A DNA stretch of 64,000 nt from Candidatus Bathyarchaeia archaeon (lineage in GTDB: Archaea; Thermoproteota; Bathyarchaeia; Bathyarchaeales; Bathycorpusculaceae), in contig JBEKBM010000016.1 in the NCBI GenBank assembly GCA_050015395.1, positions 11,510 through 75,509 on the forward strand. Direction: 5' to 3'. Every line of letters starts with the position of its first letter. Position 1 is the first letter of the stretch. The notes under the pieces were generated by a model. That model ran no database searches and was not told the DNA's origin. It saw only the letters and a list, made by a program, of their open reading frames with translations. Shown here one piece after another: positions 48,992-58,297 of this stretch. The translations under genes and the position numbers were made by a program.

Positions 48992-49291
48992 ATGGCTGGA
49001 AGAACTTTGGATGAAATAAGAGAGGAGCTTCAACTGTTAAAGCCTACGCTTAAGAAACGGTTTAAAGTGGAGTTTTTGGAGATTTTTGGGTCATACATTC
49101 GTGGTGAACAAACAGAAAAGAGTGATGTTGATGTGCTCGTTACTTTTAGGGCGCCTTATAGCTTGTGGGAGCTTATAGATGCTGAGAGGTTTCTGAGACG
49201 GAAGCTTCACGTGAAAGTTGATTTAGTGCCGAAGGATAGCGTAAAATCAGCGTTGAAAGATCGAATCTTGAGTGAAGCTGTAGCGGTATGA
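48992..49291 (+). CDS. Minimal nucleotidyltransferase (MNT)
   Basis: FGSYIRGEQTEKSDVDVLV, KVDLV. Confidence 0.9.
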   Translation: MAGRTLDEIREELQLLKPTLKKRFKVEFLEIFGSYIRGEQTEKSDVDVLVTFRAPYSLWELIDAERFLRRKLHVKVDLVPKDSVKSALKDRILSEAVAV

Positions 49292-49313
49292 AAGGTACGT
49301 TGGTTTTACGTGT

Positions 49314-49589
49314 TTGAGGATTAGGTGGAGCAGTCATGTCGAAGATAAGATTGCGAAGGAACTTTCCAAGTTAGGGGTTACCAAGGATTTGCTGGAGGAA
49401 ATAGTGAAAGTACCTGATGAGGTTTTGTATGATTCTGTTAGCGGGCGGTATGTTGCTTCAAAGTTGAAGTGTAATGTTGCGGTTATTTATGAGCGGGATG
49501 TTGAGGATATGTTTATTATAACCGCAATCTATAGCAGTAAGCTTGATGATGTTATCCTTAGAAGGAAGCGTTCGGGGAGATGGATTTGA
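49314..49589 (+). CDS. DUF4258-like toxin
   Basis: IRWSSHV..PD..VIYE..IITAIY; overlaps DUF2283 gene. Confidence 0.7.
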   Translation: MRIRWSSHVEDKIAKELSKLGVTKDLLEEIVKVPDEVLYDSVSGRYVASKLKCNVAVIYERDVEDMFIITAIYSSKLDDVILRRKRSGRWI

Positions 49590-49819
49590 TTATAAAGTAC
49601 GATTCTGCTGCTGATGTTTTCGTCGTTAAAGTTCGGGAGGGCGCGTTGGTTAATGAAGAGTTGCTTGATAGCGATGTTGTCTTGGGTTACGACCGAAAAG
49701 GCAAAGTTGTTTCTGTGGAGATACTTGACGCGTCCAAAAAGGGGCTCCTCTCCGCATTCCTAGAGCTGGCGAAGTCGAATAAGGATACAGCTAAGCTTCT
49801 GCTTTCCAAGATATATTGA
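49580..49819 (+). CDS. DUF2283 family protein
   Basis: YDSAADV..YDRKGKVVSVEILDAS. Confidence 0.88.
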   Translation: MDLIIKYDSAADVFVVKVREGALVNEELLDSDVVLGYDRKGKVVSVEILDASKKGLLSAFLELAKSNKDTAKLLLSKIY

Positions 49820-49869
49820 AATGAACTTTATGCATTTGAGTTTTGCATATGCCCAGGCGCTTTAAGTGT

Positions 49870-50169
49870 ATGGTTGCAAGAACTCTGGATGAAATAAGAG
49901 AGGAGCTTCAACTGTTAAAGCCTACGCTTAAGAAACGGTTTAAAGTGGAGACTATAGACATCTTTGGTTCTTATGCGCGCGGTGCACAGGGTGAAGAGAG
50001 CGACATTGATATTTTAGTGACTTATTCGCAGATGGTGAGTTTTTTCACAGTGTATGATCTTAAAAACTATTTGCAACGAAAACTCCGCGTTAAAGTTGAC
50101 GTTATTTCGAAGAAATTTCTTAATCCTTACATTAAGGATCGAGTACTGCGGGAAGCCGTACCAGTATGA
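49870..50169 (+). CDS. Minimal nucleotidyltransferase (MNT)
   Basis: FGSYARG..SDIDILV, KVDVI. Confidence 0.9.
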   Translation: MVARTLDEIREELQLLKPTLKKRFKVETIDIFGSYARGAQGEESDIDILVTYSQMVSFFTVYDLKNYLQRKLRVKVDVISKKFLNPYIKDRVLREAVPV

Positions 50170-50312
50170 GCATGTTCGATGTATTAAGAGCTTCCAATAC
50201 TTTTTTCCTAACCAGAAAATTGCCTGTGCCTACACAAAGTTTGCTTTGCAGACGCTGCCTAAAACCTTGGGAATTTCATAATCTTCCGAACTTTTTTTGA
50301 GGGCACGTAGCT

Positions 50313-51275
50313 TTGGTTGAACTTGAAGATACTCGGAAATTATTAGGTAGGTTAGCGGTTAATGGAAACAATCTGCTTGTGGTTGCTGGTATTCCAGCTT
50401 ACAATGAAGAGAAGACCATTGCCCGGGTTGTCTTGGGGGCTCAGAACCATGCGCACATTGTTGTTGTCTGTGACGACGGTTCATCTGATTTAACTGGTGA
50501 AATTGCTGAGCGGCTTGGCGCAGTGGTTGTTCGTCATGAGCGAAATCTTGGTTATGGTGCTGCTTTGCAGAGTTTGTTTAAGCGGGCGCGCGAATTAAAA
50601 GCCGATGTACTAGTTACTTTAGATGGAGATGGACAGCATGATCCTGCTGAGATTCCACGGCTAGTAAAGCCCATTGAAGACGGCGTTGCAGAGGTTGTTT
50701 TTGGCAGTAGATTCATGGATAAAAATGGGTCTGTCGAGATGCCTGCGTATAGGCAGTTTGGTGTGAAGGTTATCACAAAGTTAAGTAATGGCTCGGGTAA
50801 AAACGGCGTGAGCGACGCTCAAAGCGGCTTTAGAGCCTACAGCAAACTTGCCATGGAGCAGCTGGGAGCCATTTCTGAGAACGGTATGAGTGCCAGCATC
50901 GAAATTCTCCGAGCAGTCCATAAAAGTGGCTTAAAAGTCTGCGAGGTTCCTATCTCCTGCAAATATGGCGACAACGTAGGCGCGGAAACTTCGACTAAGC
51001 ATCCGCTTGCACATGGAATATCTCTCATAATGTCTATTGTCAGACTTGTAGTCGAAGACCGACCCCTAATCTTTCTCGGAATACCTGGCATAATATCTTT
51101 AGCTGCGGGTACTTTGTTTGGCGTTTGGATGATGGACCTATACGTGGCTGAGGGTCGAATAGTCACTAATGTTGCTTTGGCATCTATAGGCTTCTTGCTA
51201 CTAGGCTGCTTCATGGTCTCGACAGCTATAACATTATATGCAATAACTCGGTTATCAAGTAAAGTTAAACATTAA
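50313..51275 (+). CDS. GT2 glycosyltransferase (DPM1-like)
   Basis: IPAYNEE, DDGSSD, DGDGQHDP, DAQSGFRAY, 2 C-terminal TM. Confidence 0.92.
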   Translation: MVELEDTRKLLGRLAVNGNNLLVVAGIPAYNEEKTIARVVLGAQNHAHIVVVCDDGSSDLTGEIAERLGAVVVRHERNLGYGAALQSLFKRARELKADVLVTLDGDGQHDPAEIPRLVKPIEDGVAEVVFGSRFMDKNGSVEMPAYRQFGVKVITKLSNGSGKNGVSDAQSGFRAYSKLAMEQLGAISENGMSASIEILRAVHKSGLKVCEVPISCKYGDNVGAETSTKHPLAHGISLIMSIVRLVVEDRPLIFLGIPGIISLAAGTLFGVWMMDLYVAEGRIVTNVALASIGFLLLGCFMVSTAITLYAITRLSSKVKH

Positions 51276-51296
51276 ATGAGTAAACGAGGTTTAACC

Positions 51297-52223
51297 ATGA
51301 GCAAAAAAGTGTTAGTCACAGGCGGATTGGGCTTCATTGGCTCAAATCTAGTTCGAGAGCTAAAAAACCGTGGATATGAAACGTGGACTTGCGACCTAAT
51401 GCATTCTTGGCAACCAAACTATGTTCGCTGTGACGTGAGCAAATTCAGCCAAGTTGAGCGATTGTTTACGGAGAACGATTTTGATTACGTATATCATGCT
51501 GCAGCAGAGTATGGCAGATGGAACGGCGAAGACTACTACGAAAATCTCTGGCAAACAAACGCTGTAGGCACCAAAAATATTCTCCGAGTTCAGGAGAAGA
51601 AGAAGTTCCGAATGATATTCTTTGGGAGCGCCGAAGTGTACGGCGACTACGACGGCGTTATGCGGGAAGACGTAATGGACACTATTCCGATTAAGCAGAT
51701 GAATGACTATGCCATATCCAAGTGGGTCAACGAAATGCAGATACTCAACTCCGCCGCGATGTTCCAGACAGAATCGGTTCGCGTCAGACTGTTCAACGTT
51801 TACGGTGTCGGAGAGCACTACACGCCCTACCGTGGCTGGATACCCAAATTCATCTACAAAGCAATGAACGACGAATCCTACACCGTTTACTTAGGACACA
51901 AACGCACGCTCGAATATGTCGAAGACCTCTGTAGAACCCTTGCCAACATAACCAGCAACTTCAAGCCAGGCGAAATCTACAACCTTGGCGGAGACACACA
52001 GTACGACATCAAGTACGTCTCTGACCAAATTTTGAAGAACCTGAACAAAGATGACTCCAAAGTTAGCTACAAAGAAGCTGAACCCTTCACCACAAAAATC
52101 AAAACCCCCGATGCATCGAAAGCGAAAAGAGACTTGGATTTCAAATTGACGATTTCCGCTGAAGAAGGCATCCGAAGAACAGTTGCATGGTTCAAGGAAC
52201 TTTACGGCAAACAAGAAGCTTAA
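51297..52223 (+). CDS. NDP-sugar epimerase/dehydratase
   Basis: TGGLGFIG, YAISK. Confidence 0.9.
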   Translation: MSKKVLVTGGLGFIGSNLVRELKNRGYETWTCDLMHSWQPNYVRCDVSKFSQVERLFTENDFDYVYHAAAEYGRWNGEDYYENLWQTNAVGTKNILRVQEKKKFRMIFFGSAEVYGDYDGVMREDVMDTIPIKQMNDYAISKWVNEMQILNSAAMFQTESVRVRLFNVYGVGEHYTPYRGWIPKFIYKAMNDESYTVYLGHKRTLEYVEDLCRTLANITSNFKPGEIYNLGGDTQYDIKYVSDQILKNLNKDDSKVSYKEAEPFTTKIKTPDASKAKRDLDFKLTISAEEGIRRTVAWFKELYGKQEA

Positions 52224-52239
52224 CAAGGAGAATGACCGC

Positions 52240-53244
52240 GTGAAGAAAGAAGTTTATGGCGCGTTTGATGGCAAAACGGTGCTTGTGACGGGTGGCGCAG
52301 GAGCAATCGGGTCAAACCTCGTCAAAACCCTAAGCCAACTGGAAACAAAGAAAATCATTATCTTGGATGATCTATCCTCATCTTATGAGTGGAACATTCC
52401 TGTAAATTCTAAGGTTGCTTTCATCAAAGGCAGCGTTCTTGACGATGAAAAGCTCAAGTGGGCGTTCAAAGAAAAGCCCCAAATAGTTTACCATCTGGCA
52501 GCGCATTTCGCGAACCAGAATTCAGTGGACAACCCCGAAACGGACCTGATGGTTAACGGGATGGGCACGTTGAAGGTTCTTGAGTACGCTAACCTCGTCG
52601 GCGTTGAGCGCTTCATTTATGGCTCTTCCGGTTGCGGAATATACGGTGCAGACTCAAAAATGCCCTTCGAAGAACATGATATATCAATGAAGCTCTACAC
52701 GCCTTATCAAGTCACAAAGATGCTTGGCGAGCTATACACCAACTATTTCTACAACCTGTATCGTCTCCCAATCGTGAATGCAAGGTTCTTCAATTCATAT
52801 GGTCCAGGTGAAGTTCCAGGGAAATACCGAAATGTCATACCCAACTTCTTCTATTGGTCCATTAATAAGCAGCCATTACCAATCACTGGAACAGGCGATG
52901 AAACAAGAGACTTTACTTATGTTGGAGACATAGTGAATGGGTTGTTGGCCATGGCTCATTATCAGAATGCTGTAGGTGAAGCTTTCAATCTGGCAACAGG
53001 TCGAGAAATCAGAATAGGCGACCTCGCCCAGTGGATAATTGAGATAACTGGTAATGAAGCTGGAGTAGTGTTTAAAGAGCAGAGAGATTGGGATAAAAAG
53101 AATAGACTCTTGGCTTCAATTGAAAAGGCAAAGCGCGTTCTTGGATATGAACCAAACATGGATTTCAAAAAAGGTCTAAAGCACGTCCATACTTGGTTCA
53201 AAGAAAATTGGCAAAACATTACGGATTCACAATCGTTCAATTAA
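52240..53244 (+). CDS. NDP-sugar epimerase/dehydratase
   Basis: TGGAGAIG, YQVTK, FFNSYGP; start uncertain. Confidence 0.9.
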   Translation: MKKEVYGAFDGKTVLVTGGAGAIGSNLVKTLSQLETKKIIILDDLSSSYEWNIPVNSKVAFIKGSVLDDEKLKWAFKEKPQIVYHLAAHFANQNSVDNPETDLMVNGMGTLKVLEYANLVGVERFIYGSSGCGIYGADSKMPFEEHDISMKLYTPYQVTKMLGELYTNYFYNLYRLPIVNARFFNSYGPGEVPGKYRNVIPNFFYWSINKQPLPITGTGDETRDFTYVGDIVNGLLAMAHYQNAVGEAFNLATGREIRIGDLAQWIIEITGNEAGVVFKEQRDWDKKNRLLASIEKAKRVLGYEPNMDFKKGLKHVHTWFKENWQNITDSQSFN

Positions 53245-53283
53245 CATGATATACCTAACTGTTACATTTGTGGGTCCTGCATC

Positions 53284-54501
53284 GTGAGAGTTCTAGTGGT
53301 AGCTCAATATTTCCCGCCCGATATGGGTGGCGGTGCCACAAGAGCTTACAACATGGCAAAGGGGCTCTCACTTGCAGGTTGTGATGTAACAGTAGTTACT
53401 GCTTTTCCTCATTATCCTACTGGAAACATACCAACCAAATATCGTAGAAAATTGTTGGCTATCGAAAACGAAGGGAAGTTAAGAGTAATACGGACATTTG
53501 TTCCCCCGGTAGCGTCAGAAGGGTTTACCAAGAGGTTTTTTCTATTTACATCTTTTGTGTTTTCTTCTTTATCCGCATTGCCGATAGTTCGTAAAGTTGA
53601 CGTGGTATATGCTTCGAATCCGAACATAATTGCCATGATTCCAAGTTTAATGTATAAACTGGTTAACAACTGTCCCGTGGTTCAAAATATAGATGATCTT
53701 TGGCCTGAAGCCCTTTACGATTTAGGCATGAACAGCAAGTCTCTACCGGCAAAATTGGGTGAATTAGTAGCCAAAGTAACATATAGATTTGCTTCAGCTA
53801 TTACACCAATCAGTCCTGCGTATGTCAAGGTATTAACTCAAAAATATAATGTGAAACCAAGCAAAGTTAGTGTAGTGCCAGCTGGCGTTGACTTGGCAAT
53901 GTTCTCTTGTAAGAGAACTACTGGATCAAAAAATGGTAAGTTCAGAGTTTTGTATATTGGTGCCTTCTCTCCAGCATACGATTTTGGCCAGATATTCCGA
54001 GCGGCGAAGCTGTTGGCTAATTCTGAAGGGATAGAGTTTGTTATCCAAGGTGGGGGCGAACTTGCTTCGGCTCTAAAATCCAAAATTGGAGAGACAAAAT
54101 CAAATAATGTTAAAGTGATTGAAAAAATTGTTAGTCGCCAAGAAGTTGTAAAAGAACTCTATGAAGCTGATGCACTGCTTCTTCCTTTAAACGGTATTGG
54201 CTCTATAGAAATGGGCATATCTTCTAAGCTCTACGAGTATCAGGCCGCAGGCAAGCCTATAATATGTTGTTCAAGTGGTCAGCCTGCTCGTTACGTTTCA
54301 GAAACCAAGTCTGGAATTATTGTTGGACCCGGAGATCACGAGGCGTTGGCAAAAGCGACGATCGAGTTGAAGGAGAATCCAAGCCTGGCTCGGATGATGG
54401 GTGAGAACGGAAGAAAATACGTGGAAACTGAAGCATCCATCGAGACCGTAGGATTACAGATGAAAGAGATCTTCGAAACGCTGTTAGAGAGAAGAGCATA
54501 G
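53284..54501 (+). CDS. GT4 glycosyltransferase (WbuB-like)
   Basis: YFPPDMGG, FPHYP, DLWPE, KLYEYQAAGKP. Confidence 0.9.
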   Translation: MRVLVVAQYFPPDMGGGATRAYNMAKGLSLAGCDVTVVTAFPHYPTGNIPTKYRRKLLAIENEGKLRVIRTFVPPVASEGFTKRFFLFTSFVFSSLSALPIVRKVDVVYASNPNIIAMIPSLMYKLVNNCPVVQNIDDLWPEALYDLGMNSKSLPAKLGELVAKVTYRFASAITPISPAYVKVLTQKYNVKPSKVSVVPAGVDLAMFSCKRTTGSKNGKFRVLYIGAFSPAYDFGQIFRAAKLLANSEGIEFVIQGGGELASALKSKIGETKSNNVKVIEKIVSRQEVVKELYEADALLLPLNGIGSIEMGISSKLYEYQAAGKPIICCSSGQPARYVSETKSGIIVGPGDHEALAKATIELKENPSLARMMGENGRKYVETEASIETVGLQMKEIFETLLERRA

Positions 54502-54505
54502 AAAC

Positions 54506-55693
54506 GTGAGAATTTTATTCGTGACTCCGTACTTCTATCCGGCTGAAGCTTTTGGTGGTCCTGTTAAGGTTGCGTTTGATGTTGGAAGAGAATTGGTGAG
54601 GCGTGGTCATGAGGTTGTTGTGTTTACTTCTGATGCTAAGGATTTGGAGAATAGGCTTGATGTAGAACGTGATGAAATTGAGGGGATGCAAGTTTACTAT
54701 TTCAGAAATTTGTTTATGTCTCTCGTTAAGTGGTCTAAGCTTTTCATAACGCCTGACTTGCCTAAGAAGATGATGTCAGATTTAAAATCGTTTGATATTG
54801 TTCATGTCCATGAGTATACTACTTATCAGAACATTGTTGTTCATCATTTTGCCAAGAAGTTCGGGGTTCCATATGTTCTTCAGGCGCATGGTTCTCTACC
54901 TAAGATAGGCAGGCAAGCTAGAAAATGGATTTATGATGCTTTCTTTGGTTCTACGTTGTTAAGAGACGCTTCGAAGGTTATTGCTCTTAGTGAGATTGAA
55001 GCTGAGCAGTATAAATGCGCTGGTGTGCCTGCAGAGAAGATTGCTATAGTGCCTAATGGAATCGACTTGACGGAATATTCTGATTTGCCGCCTAAAGGGT
55101 CCTTCAAGAAAAAGTTTGGCTTAGAAAAGAACGAGAAAATAGTGCTATACTTGGGCAGGATACATGAAATAAAAGGGATTGACATTCTCGTTAGAGCTTT
55201 TGCGAATATCCTTCATAAGTTGGACGATGTCAGGCTTGTGATTGTTGGTCCTGACGATGGTTATCTTGGTGAAATTGAAGCTTTGATTAAGGCTTTAAAG
55301 ATTGAGAATAAAGTGCTAATTTCAGGTCCATTGTATGGTAAAGATAAACTAGAGGCCTATGTTGATGCTGACGTTTACGTGCTGTCTTCGATTTATGAAA
55401 TTTTCGGGATAAGTCTGCTTGAAGCTTATGCTTGCTCAACTCCGGTAATTGCGTCGTCTGTTGGCGGTCTTAAAGATCTGGTCATTAATGGAGAAACAGG
55501 TTTCTTGGTTGAGCCTGGATCAATAGTGGAATTATCTCGTTCCATAGTTTTCATGATAGATAACTCTGCCAGCGCGAAACGAATGGGCATGAAAGGCAGA
55601 GAATTTGTTAAGAACTTCAGTGCGTGGACAGTTATCAATAGACTTGAGTGTTTATACGATGAGATTGCCTCAAAAACGCCTTGCAAAAACTAG
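54506..55693 (+). CDS. GT4 glycosyltransferase
   Basis: PNGID, LGRIHEIKG, EIFGISLLEA. Confidence 0.92.
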   Translation: MRILFVTPYFYPAEAFGGPVKVAFDVGRELVRRGHEVVVFTSDAKDLENRLDVERDEIEGMQVYYFRNLFMSLVKWSKLFITPDLPKKMMSDLKSFDIVHVHEYTTYQNIVVHHFAKKFGVPYVLQAHGSLPKIGRQARKWIYDAFFGSTLLRDASKVIALSEIEAEQYKCAGVPAEKIAIVPNGIDLTEYSDLPPKGSFKKKFGLEKNEKIVLYLGRIHEIKGIDILVRAFANILHKLDDVRLVIVGPDDGYLGEIEALIKALKIENKVLISGPLYGKDKLEAYVDADVYVLSSIYEIFGISLLEAYACSTPVIASSVGGLKDLVINGETGFLVEPGSIVELSRSIVFMIDNSASAKRMGMKGREFVKNFSAWTVINRLECLYDEIASKTPCKN

Positions 55694-55780
55694 AAATTAC
55701 GTCAAGAAATCTGTAGCAAGGCAGACTCAATGTGACCGCTTTCGCTATTTTATGAAACCCAAAAACTGGGACTCAAATTA

Positions 55781-56938
55781 TTGAAAGTAGTTCACGTTAC
55801 ATTTAACTTTCCGCCTGAGATGGGTGGAATAGGCAGATACGTACAAAACCTTTCAGACTATCTCGTTAAGAAAAATATTGAAGTAGCTGTAGTTACGCTG
55901 GCCACAAGATTGCACTATTCGTGTTCAGAGCCGAAGGCAATTCAAGTATTCCGCGTTAAGGCTTTTCGGCTTCCTCTGTCTGATCCAATCCCAATTAACC
56001 TGTTTAGTGTGCTTCGAGTCTTGACAAAAACGCGAAATCCCAAAATTTTACATCTGCATGGTCATCTTACTTTTTTTTGTTTATTCAGCGCTTTTTTTTG
56101 CAGGGTTCTCCGAATTCCTTATGTGGTTACTCATCATGGAGAGGGTTTGGAATCTGGATCGTTGAGTAAAATAAATGGAATTATAAGGCATAATATGATT
56201 GCCAAGTATGTTTTAAGGAATGCAAAACTGATTATCAGTGTAACGGAAAATGAAGTTGAAATCATGATTAAGAAATACGGGCTTTCTGCTGACAAGATTA
56301 CAGTAATACACAATGGAGTTAACTCAAAACAGTTTGGTCTATCATCCGCAAGTCACGCTATTCCAGAAGAATGGTCGAATAAGAGGGTTATTCTTAGCGG
56401 AGGAATTTTGGGCAGGGTGAAAGGATTCGAATATCTCATACGTGCCGTGAGTTTGGTTGTTAAAGAGTACCGGGATGCTCGTCTAATAATAACAGGTGAC
56501 GGGCCAGATAGAGCCAGACTACAAAGTATTTCTGATTCACTGGGAATGGGGGAATTTGTCAAGTTTTTAGGGCGGATAGAACCTGACCTTCTTCCATCAA
56601 TCTATGATTCATCTTTTATGTATGTTTTGCCCTCGCTGTACGATGCCTGTCCCACAACTGTACTGGAAGCAATGGCTTCAAGGAAGCCAGTAGTTGTTAC
56701 TTCTAATGGGGGTCAAAGAGAATTAGTTATTAATGGTGTAAACGGGTTTGTTGTCCCACCTGCCAACATAAAGGCATTGGCTGAAGCAATCTTGACTTTG
56801 TTGTCACATGAAGTTCTGGCAACCGAGATGGGATCTCAAGGAAGGAAAATGGTTGAAGAGAACTATGATTGGGATAGAATAGGCCAGAAAATACTTCAAA
56901 CCTATTCTAATCTGCAAAAGGATGAATGTCTAAAATGA
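55781..56938 (+). CDS. GT4 glycosyltransferase
   Basis: HNGV, KGFEYLI, DACPTTVLEAMAS. Confidence 0.92.
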   Translation: MKVVHVTFNFPPEMGGIGRYVQNLSDYLVKKNIEVAVVTLATRLHYSCSEPKAIQVFRVKAFRLPLSDPIPINLFSVLRVLTKTRNPKILHLHGHLTFFCLFSAFFCRVLRIPYVVTHHGEGLESGSLSKINGIIRHNMIAKYVLRNAKLIISVTENEVEIMIKKYGLSADKITVIHNGVNSKQFGLSSASHAIPEEWSNKRVILSGGILGRVKGFEYLIRAVSLVVKEYRDARLIITGDGPDRARLQSISDSLGMGEFVKFLGRIEPDLLPSIYDSSFMYVLPSLYDACPTTVLEAMASRKPVVVTSNGGQRELVINGVNGFVVPPANIKALAEAILTLLSHEVLATEMGSQGRKMVEENYDWDRIGQKILQTYSNLQKDECLK

Positions 56939-57026
56939 AAGGACCTTGCTTATGTATATGGAGATCCCATAAACAATTATTGTAGTCGGGGTAAACACAA
57001 CAACTGCCCAAAAGATTGTTGATTCA

Positions 57027-58244
57027 ATGAAGGCGTTAGAGTTGGATTTCAGGCTATCAAGGGAAGAATACGCAAATGCCCTCCTTAAGAAAATCGGACT
57101 TAAATCCCTCAATTCCCTGTTTGAACTAATAAATCCTCGGGACATAAAGTGTCTTCTTTTAACTGGTAGTCTCGCAAACGGTGAAGGCACGGTTATTAAA
57201 TATGGATCGCCATTAATTGCTAGCGATTTTGATTTTGTGGTTTATCTAAACCCGTTCTATTACCTCAAGAATAAGCGAAATTTTGGCACGCTATCTCAGC
57301 AAGTTTCTACACTTCTCAAACAGAAAGGAATCGGCACGCATGTAGCCTTTTTACCAGCAACAATACCTTTTAACAGAAATCTTGGTTTTGCTGTTTCAAA
57401 TATTTATGAATACGAAAACGCTGTTGCCAGCCGATGTTTGTTCGGGAAAAAACCACTGTTCAACGAATCTGTGAAACCGACAAAGAAAGATGCTCTAGAA
57501 CTAACATTTACAGTTGTTGGGGAATTGCTTTTCGCGGATGTGCCGAAGCTTTCCCAGGTCGAACAAACCTATGTTTATGCAAAAAGGTCGTTGACTTTGT
57601 TAAACTCTTTACTGATTTCACGGGGGTTTTTCTCTGCCACTTATCAAGAAAGAATCGAAATCGCAAAAGAACATGCCGGAGACACCTGTTTGGACTCGAA
57701 TGAAATTAAGGTTTTAGAATTTTTTACTGAATACAAGTTATCAGGTTCCCTCTCGCAGCTCCTTTCTTCGCTAGGTTATAGCGACCTATATGATCTCATT
57801 CAGTTTCAGAAGGGCTTTTTGTTTATGATTCTATTAAGAACTTTATGCTTTGAGCTCACCTGTTATAATGAGACAAAGAGCGCCCGAAAACGAATCAGTT
57901 CCACACAAGAAATGACTAATCAGCTACCAAAATTGTTGGGCGAATATTACAATAGTTCTGAGACATCATTGCTTTCAAGAGCGTATGGAACGATGTTCTA
58001 TGTTATGTGGTCATTGACAGGAAATAACGATAGAAAAAACCTATTTGCAACGTTCCTTTTTCATAACAAATCACCAAAATTAATTCTTAATATTCTAATA
58101 ACCCTAATACTGATAGGAAATGGCGAGATCGTATCGAGTTTTTTGGAGGAAGTCTTTCCTTGGTTAGCATTCAGTAGTGAAATCAACATTATTGAGAAAA
58201 TGGCACATCTGTGGCAAATCGCTCAGGAAAGCATAAAACTTTAA
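57027..58244 (+). CDS. Pol-beta-superfamily nucleotidyltransferase-like protein with helical C-terminus
   Basis: LLLTGSLANGEG..ASDFDFVV. Confidence 0.7.
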   Translation: MKALELDFRLSREEYANALLKKIGLKSLNSLFELINPRDIKCLLLTGSLANGEGTVIKYGSPLIASDFDFVVYLNPFYYLKNKRNFGTLSQQVSTLLKQKGIGTHVAFLPATIPFNRNLGFAVSNIYEYENAVASRCLFGKKPLFNESVKPTKKDALELTFTVVGELLFADVPKLSQVEQTYVYAKRSLTLLNSLLISRGFFSATYQERIEIAKEHAGDTCLDSNEIKVLEFFTEYKLSGSLSQLLSSLGYSDLYDLIQFQKGFLFMILLRTLCFELTCYNETKSARKRISSTQEMTNQLPKLLGEYYNSSETSLLSRAYGTMFYVMWSLTGNNDRKNLFATFLFHNKSPKLILNILITLILIGNGEIVSSFLEEVFPWLAFSSEINIIEKMAHLWQIAQESIKL

Positions 58245-58297
58245 TTTCATCTTCAAGAAAAGTATTGTTCGGGTTATCTTGCGGTGAGGACTAAAAA

